Assembly (NCBI GenBank): GCA_964016885.1
Contig: OZ024754.1
Coordinates: 4,154,001 to 4,218,000 of the forward strand
Reading direction: 5' to 3'
Origin: Eledone cirrhosa
Taxonomy: Eukaryota
DNA: 64,000 bases
Below, one piece after another: positions 57,761 through 64,000 of the stretch (position 1 is the stretch's first letter; the number at the start of each line of letters is the position of its first letter). The notes below the pieces were generated by a model that was given only the letters and a program-made list of their open reading frames with translations, searched no databases and was not told the origin of the DNA. Made by a program: the position numbers and the translations under genes.

Positions 57761-58011
57761 GTTCACATTCACATTCACAAGTCAACACTGATACAGACAC
57801 CAAACACATACACACAGATACACGTATATATATATATATATATATATATACGTGTATATGTATATATATATGTGTATATGTATATATATATGTGTATATG
57901 TAAATATATATGTATATGTATATATATATGTATATATATATATATACTTATACATATATATTTACATATACACATATATACATACATACTTTCACATACA
58001 TACAGATACAC

Positions 58012-58057
<46 letters not shown>

Positions 58058-60254
58058 ATGTATATATGTAAATACATATGTGTATGTATGTATGTACGTA
58101 TACGCATATATCTCTAGAACATTGCCATGCAGATTATATTTTATATAAAACATCGGACAATCATTTTACATAATGTGATATTTCGAGTTAAAACATAAAA
58201 CAATATCTATCATACGCAAACATCTACTAAGAGTAGCGATGAAATTACTTGAAATCACCCTGGTAAAAAATTGCCACGAATAACCACAAATCTTACACGA
58301 TGCTCTGATACTTCTCTAAAAACTATCTGCTTCGAGAATGTTCGGCAGCACAAACGTGCCGAAGAAATAGCATGATACAATGTGAGCTATGGTGACAAAA
58401 GATGAAAGGAAGCGATGACTGCTACCCGGATGATTTAGAAAAGTTTAACTGCTGCTCAAAGTATTCCATTTCAGTTTTGTTCTAAAAAAGAAAAAATAAT
58501 CGTAATTATGTGGCATTCACAAATAAATCTAACAAGACTTCAGACAAACTGAACTATGCGTGTGTGTGGGGGAGTTTTTGAGTATGTATCTAGATTATGA
58601 GAGAGAAGAACCAATATATGAATCAGAATGAATATATTGTATATGTGAGCATATGTGTAACCTTTGTTTGTATGTTTGTATATATAGATATATGCATATA
58701 TTATTCATAATCGAATACCTGGGTAAGCTTTGTTGTGTAAACTTTGTTGTGTAAGCTTTGTTGTGTACGCTTGTGTTCAATGTTTTACGTTTGTGAATGC
58801 TTGTACGTTGTACGGATATATGTGCATATATATGTGTGTGTTTGTGTGTATAAATATAAATTAGTGGTTTTCTAAATATATATATATAAAGTGTGTATAT
58901 GTGTCTGCGTCTTTGTGTGTCAGTGATTGTGTAAGTGTGTAATTGTGTAGTTATAATCACTTTCAAGATGTTTATATACAAATTAAGTACGTAGGAAGAT
59001 TGGCGTTTAAGAGAAACGAGATTCATCGGAATTAACAAGAATTCAATTTATTTCCGTTCTCTGTTGGAAACATAGATGTGTTCCCTATTATTCTTGATCT
59101 ACGTGAACTTTCCAGAATATCCTTTAATTCAATCATTAATTCCAAACATGTGACACCTTTCGTTCTCTACTAAGCTACAGCTATTCGCTGTTAAAATTCT
59201 ATGATATTCAAGTAATCATTATTCATTCTATTTTCAAATAGATTTCTCTTTATTATCAAATAAATGACAAGGTCTTTTCAAATTTAATTACCAAAGTGAT
59301 TTTTTAAAAAAACAAAATAAATCAAATTCTTTTATTATTGATAGGATATCTATATTTTTTTTACAAAAGATTTTATGTAAATCAAAAGTTTAATAGCAAT
59401 TATCAATATTTAAATTTGTTCGAAGAAAGGTTAACATTTATCTAACAATAAACTTATTTGATGCGATGCCTCATTTGTCGCAGTAATATTTTAAATAAGT
59501 TTCAATTATCACGTAATTTAAACATCACAGAATAATGAACAAATAAAGAAAATCTCTCATTATCGTCCTTCTAACTCAATTAACAACATACCAAGTTATT
59601 TTAATGAATGTTAATATTATAAACTGATTAACAAATCTCATTTAGAAATCTATTTTACAGACTCCATTCTTTAAAATTATGTATTCACTGTAGAAGGTTT
59701 AGATTCTCGTTACGTTAAACTATAAACTAGTTTCAAATCTCAGTTGTTATAATCGTGATAAGTTTATGATATATATTTATGCTATCAAACAACGTATAAC
59801 TGTAGAGTTAAGAAACATTTATATGTAGAGATATCTCCAGTTATCCTTTTATTAGAGACCTTGAAGGGAAAAAAAATCTGATTGCTACCTGTGTTAAGTC
59901 CTTTGAACAGAAGCGGAAAGCATTTTCAGAAGTAAAAGGAGCAGCGAAATATATGTGAGGGATGTATGCATTTCGCGTTTGGTCTACTAAGCCATATCAG
60001 ACGTCATACTAAAGGAAATAACATCTTTGAGTACCCCATACAACTTGATTTTGCATGTGGAATCTGTTGTGGTAATACGACACTGCAAGGCATGCCAAGC
60101 CAATCTAACTTGCACAGTTTGATGAGCTATCTAAGCTGATATCAGCTGTGGTTACATCAATTACAAATTTCAACAATGTCCGTTTATTCTTTTCCAAAGA
60201 AGTGGTCGTTCTCGTACACGAATTGGTGTCAACGATGTTCGTGTGTATATATAT

Positions 60255-60290
<36 letters not shown>

Positions 60291-60504
60291 TTTCACGTAC
60301 AGGCAGCACCCATAATATTTGTCGTACTCTTCGATCAAGACTGGAAGGGGGGATAAAGGCAGATATTTATGTTCAAACTGGTGAACTGGCTTCATGATTT
60401 AGAATAGCTTTGAACCCGCCACCCACCTTCAGAATTCCGCTAGTATATGGGATGAATTCACCGAACCAAGAACAACGAATGTTGATCCAAAATCTTCAAT
60501 AAAG

Positions 60505-60628
60505 TTTCCAGCTACCAAATTTCACTCACGAAACTAATCTTTAAAATACTCAAATAAGGTGCGGCACATTGGATATGAACCCGATCACGTAGTTACGATG
60601 TAAAATTCTTCACCATATAACCATACCT
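60505..60628 (-). mobile_element. Degenerate SINE (type 2)
   Basis: taccaaatttcactcac...aaggtgcggcac...tgaacccga matches 45105-45265 reversed. Confidence 0.5.
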
Positions 60629-62386
60629 CCAAATCTATAAGACATATTCTTCTGCTAAAAATCAAAATAATACTCTCCGAACTAATTTTCTAAAATAAAA
60701 CCTCGTTTCAAATGAATGTTTTTTTTTTTTTTGTTTTTTTTTTTATATATTCAATTTCCTTTTGTGCTAATTTCATTGAGATTGACAAAGAATGAAGAAT
60801 GCTTTTTAAAGTGATATTTTCTAGTTGAGTTCCTCCACCATCAATAAACCACAATAGACAAATGTTCAAAGCTAACAATTCCCTGCGGTTTCATAGATGG
60901 TAATATATATCCCTTGAAATCAAATTAAGAGTATGGGAATGACGTCAGTTTAAAGTTAAAAGTAATGCAATGTTCGAAAACGAATATTAACTGTAAAAGA
61001 ACAAATTTTAAAAGAAACCTAATGCATCAACCCCCAAAATTTAGCAAATTTAACAAAGTGTGTTCCAGAATTAATTACATTTCCGTCCTTCAGTCGCCAA
61101 TCTATATTACATATATATATATATACATATTTCTTTGTTATTTCATCACACGAGAATATTAATGCTGTGGTTTTGTAAAATCTAGTTACTTGGTGAAAGT
61201 CTTTCGAAATAAGGAGTTAAACAATTCATTTGATATTGGCCTATATGCATTGTTGCAAGTAAACAATAAAATGGTAATACCAACAAGGGCATATATATAT
61301 TTCTTCGATTTCCTACAATAAGCAGGCATATATATCTCGCACCACACCCTGTCATCCATAAAGACATTTTAAAGCTATTACCCTGTTAAAGAAGGGGATA
61401 GCTCTGCGAATCCACTGACTGAAGGTTTGTTTTAAGATGATAGTTTACGACCTGGTGGCGTGGTCAAATACTGAAGACACGCCGTCTATCAATATGTTGG
61501 CTTTAAAAACTTCATAGGAGTTATGGCTCCATGTCAATGTCATGTTTACAGCCAGATACCCTTCCTGGCACCAACTCTTTTAGCCGCATCTTACCACCTG
61601 CAGATAAAAGGTGTAAGTATTCCATAGTGCTTTCTGTAGTATCTAAATGTATTCTTCTGTTTATCCAAAATTATAAAATGTTACACCCATGGGGCAAATT
61701 ATGCAAAGCGGGATCATAAATCCAGAATTATGATAGAAGGAATAAATAAACAGCAATTACAAGGATTAAAAATAACCTAAGGACTTATTATACTTCGATT
61801 CTAATTCAATATATATTGCAATCAATTAAATTGTGGAAGACTCATACAAAAACTTGGAGCAATAATCCTTCCAATCTTTACATCAGACAAATTTCTAGAT
61901 TTCACTGTCTCATTATCAAGGTGGTTGTTGGTTTCATGTCATTGTCTATTCCTTTTAGACTTGTGTTTTATATGATGTTTTATGCTGCGCCTTCTTTCTA
62001 AGACTTTAATGTATGACATTCTTACCAGAATTTAAATATTACAGCTTGACCCTTTAAGTTATATGTCATAAAACAAATGTTTGTAACGCACTCATGCTGT
62101 TCTCGTACTTTGCATTACAATAGATATTGATCATGGCGCCAAAATGAGATTTAAATATGGCTTCCCTGATTAATTGCCTGTTTTTGTTCAGAATTCTGAA
62201 TAATGGAGATATATCGTCCGTTAATGTTCTCACTTCTAGCTTTGTTTTGTGGTATGTATGGTAGTAGGTTGGAATGGCTACATGGTGTTCTCATGCATTT
62301 AACAATCTACTGTCTATAGAAATATACATATCCATTCAACATTTACACATACACACACACATAAACACATATCAACACGGCTTCTC

Positions 62387-63365
<979 letters not shown>

Positions 63366-63584
63366 CGTGTACGTATGTGTATATATCTATGTATGTGCAT
63401 GTGTAAGTGTGTAGTCTTGTTCTTACATGCATCTATGTATGAGTATACATGTAAGAAGTAAGTGTTTCTATACAAGCTTATATAAATTAGCAAATTAGTA
63501 TATGAAGTGTTAACGCGATGTATGTAGATGTATAGATATATATTTATATATATATATATGTGTGTGTGATTGTGTGTATATGTG

Positions 63585-63790
63585 TGTGTATTATGCTATT
63601 TACACTCTTATATATATATGTGTGTGTATGTGTGTGTGTATTATGCTATTTACACTCTTATATATATGTGTGTGTGGTTGTGTGTATATGTGTGTGTATG
63701 TGTGTGTGTGTGTGTATTATGCTATTTACACTCTTATATATATATGTGTGTGTGTATGTGTGTGTGTGTGTATTATGCTATTTACACTCT
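63585..63790. repeat. 4 copies of tattatgctatttacactc separated by variable (TA)/(TG) spacers
   Basis: Motif near 63589, 63639, 63715 and 63771. Confidence 0.85.
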
Positions 63791-64000
63791 ACACACATAA
63801 AAAAGCAGATTCTCGTGTGTAATATCACTAATAATCTCATTGTTGAACATACTTTAGAATCTTAAATAGCAAGTAAGTGGTATGGTATTAGAACGAACAG
63901 AATATCCTGTCTATTCTAGTAACATACAGTCTTTCAGAAGGAACTATTATATTTCATTGCTCGTCAATAATGTATGGACAGGTTTTCTTCTTACTCTGAT

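Noticed and set aside
61604-61612. Possible 9-nt microexon (cag|ATAAAAGGT|gtaagt)
   Set aside because: Weak polypyrimidine tract, adjacent to a SINE-like remnant, and no transcript evidence available.

Overview
Very AT-rich, microsatellite-saturated eukaryotic non-coding DNA. The tRNA-derived SINE sequences resemble those I recall from octopus/cephalopod genomes (an inference, not a search). I see no intact protein-coding gene; almost all listed ORFs are translations of (TA)n/(TG)n/(CA)n tracts. The main signal is about 18 short (60-570 bp) insertions, nearly all in (TA)n tracts, from at least 9 sequence families. Most carry a type I hammerhead ribozyme (HHR) or a remnant of one, including core variants (U3-A8, CAGAAGA, U.U at the base of stem II). 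Five families share a head-to-head architecture: one arm ends at the element's 3' terminus and the other at an internal site 55-95 nt upstream. This fits 5'-truncated Penelope-like retroelement (PLE) ends inserted by priming from both target strands. Also present: many SINEs, an RTE-like non-autonomous repeat, two fragments of restriction-like-endonuclease (RLE) non-LTR retrotransposons (one seeded a 7x79-bp minisatellite), a hAT transposase fossil, a Tc1/mariner MITE and a ~350-bp inverted duplication.
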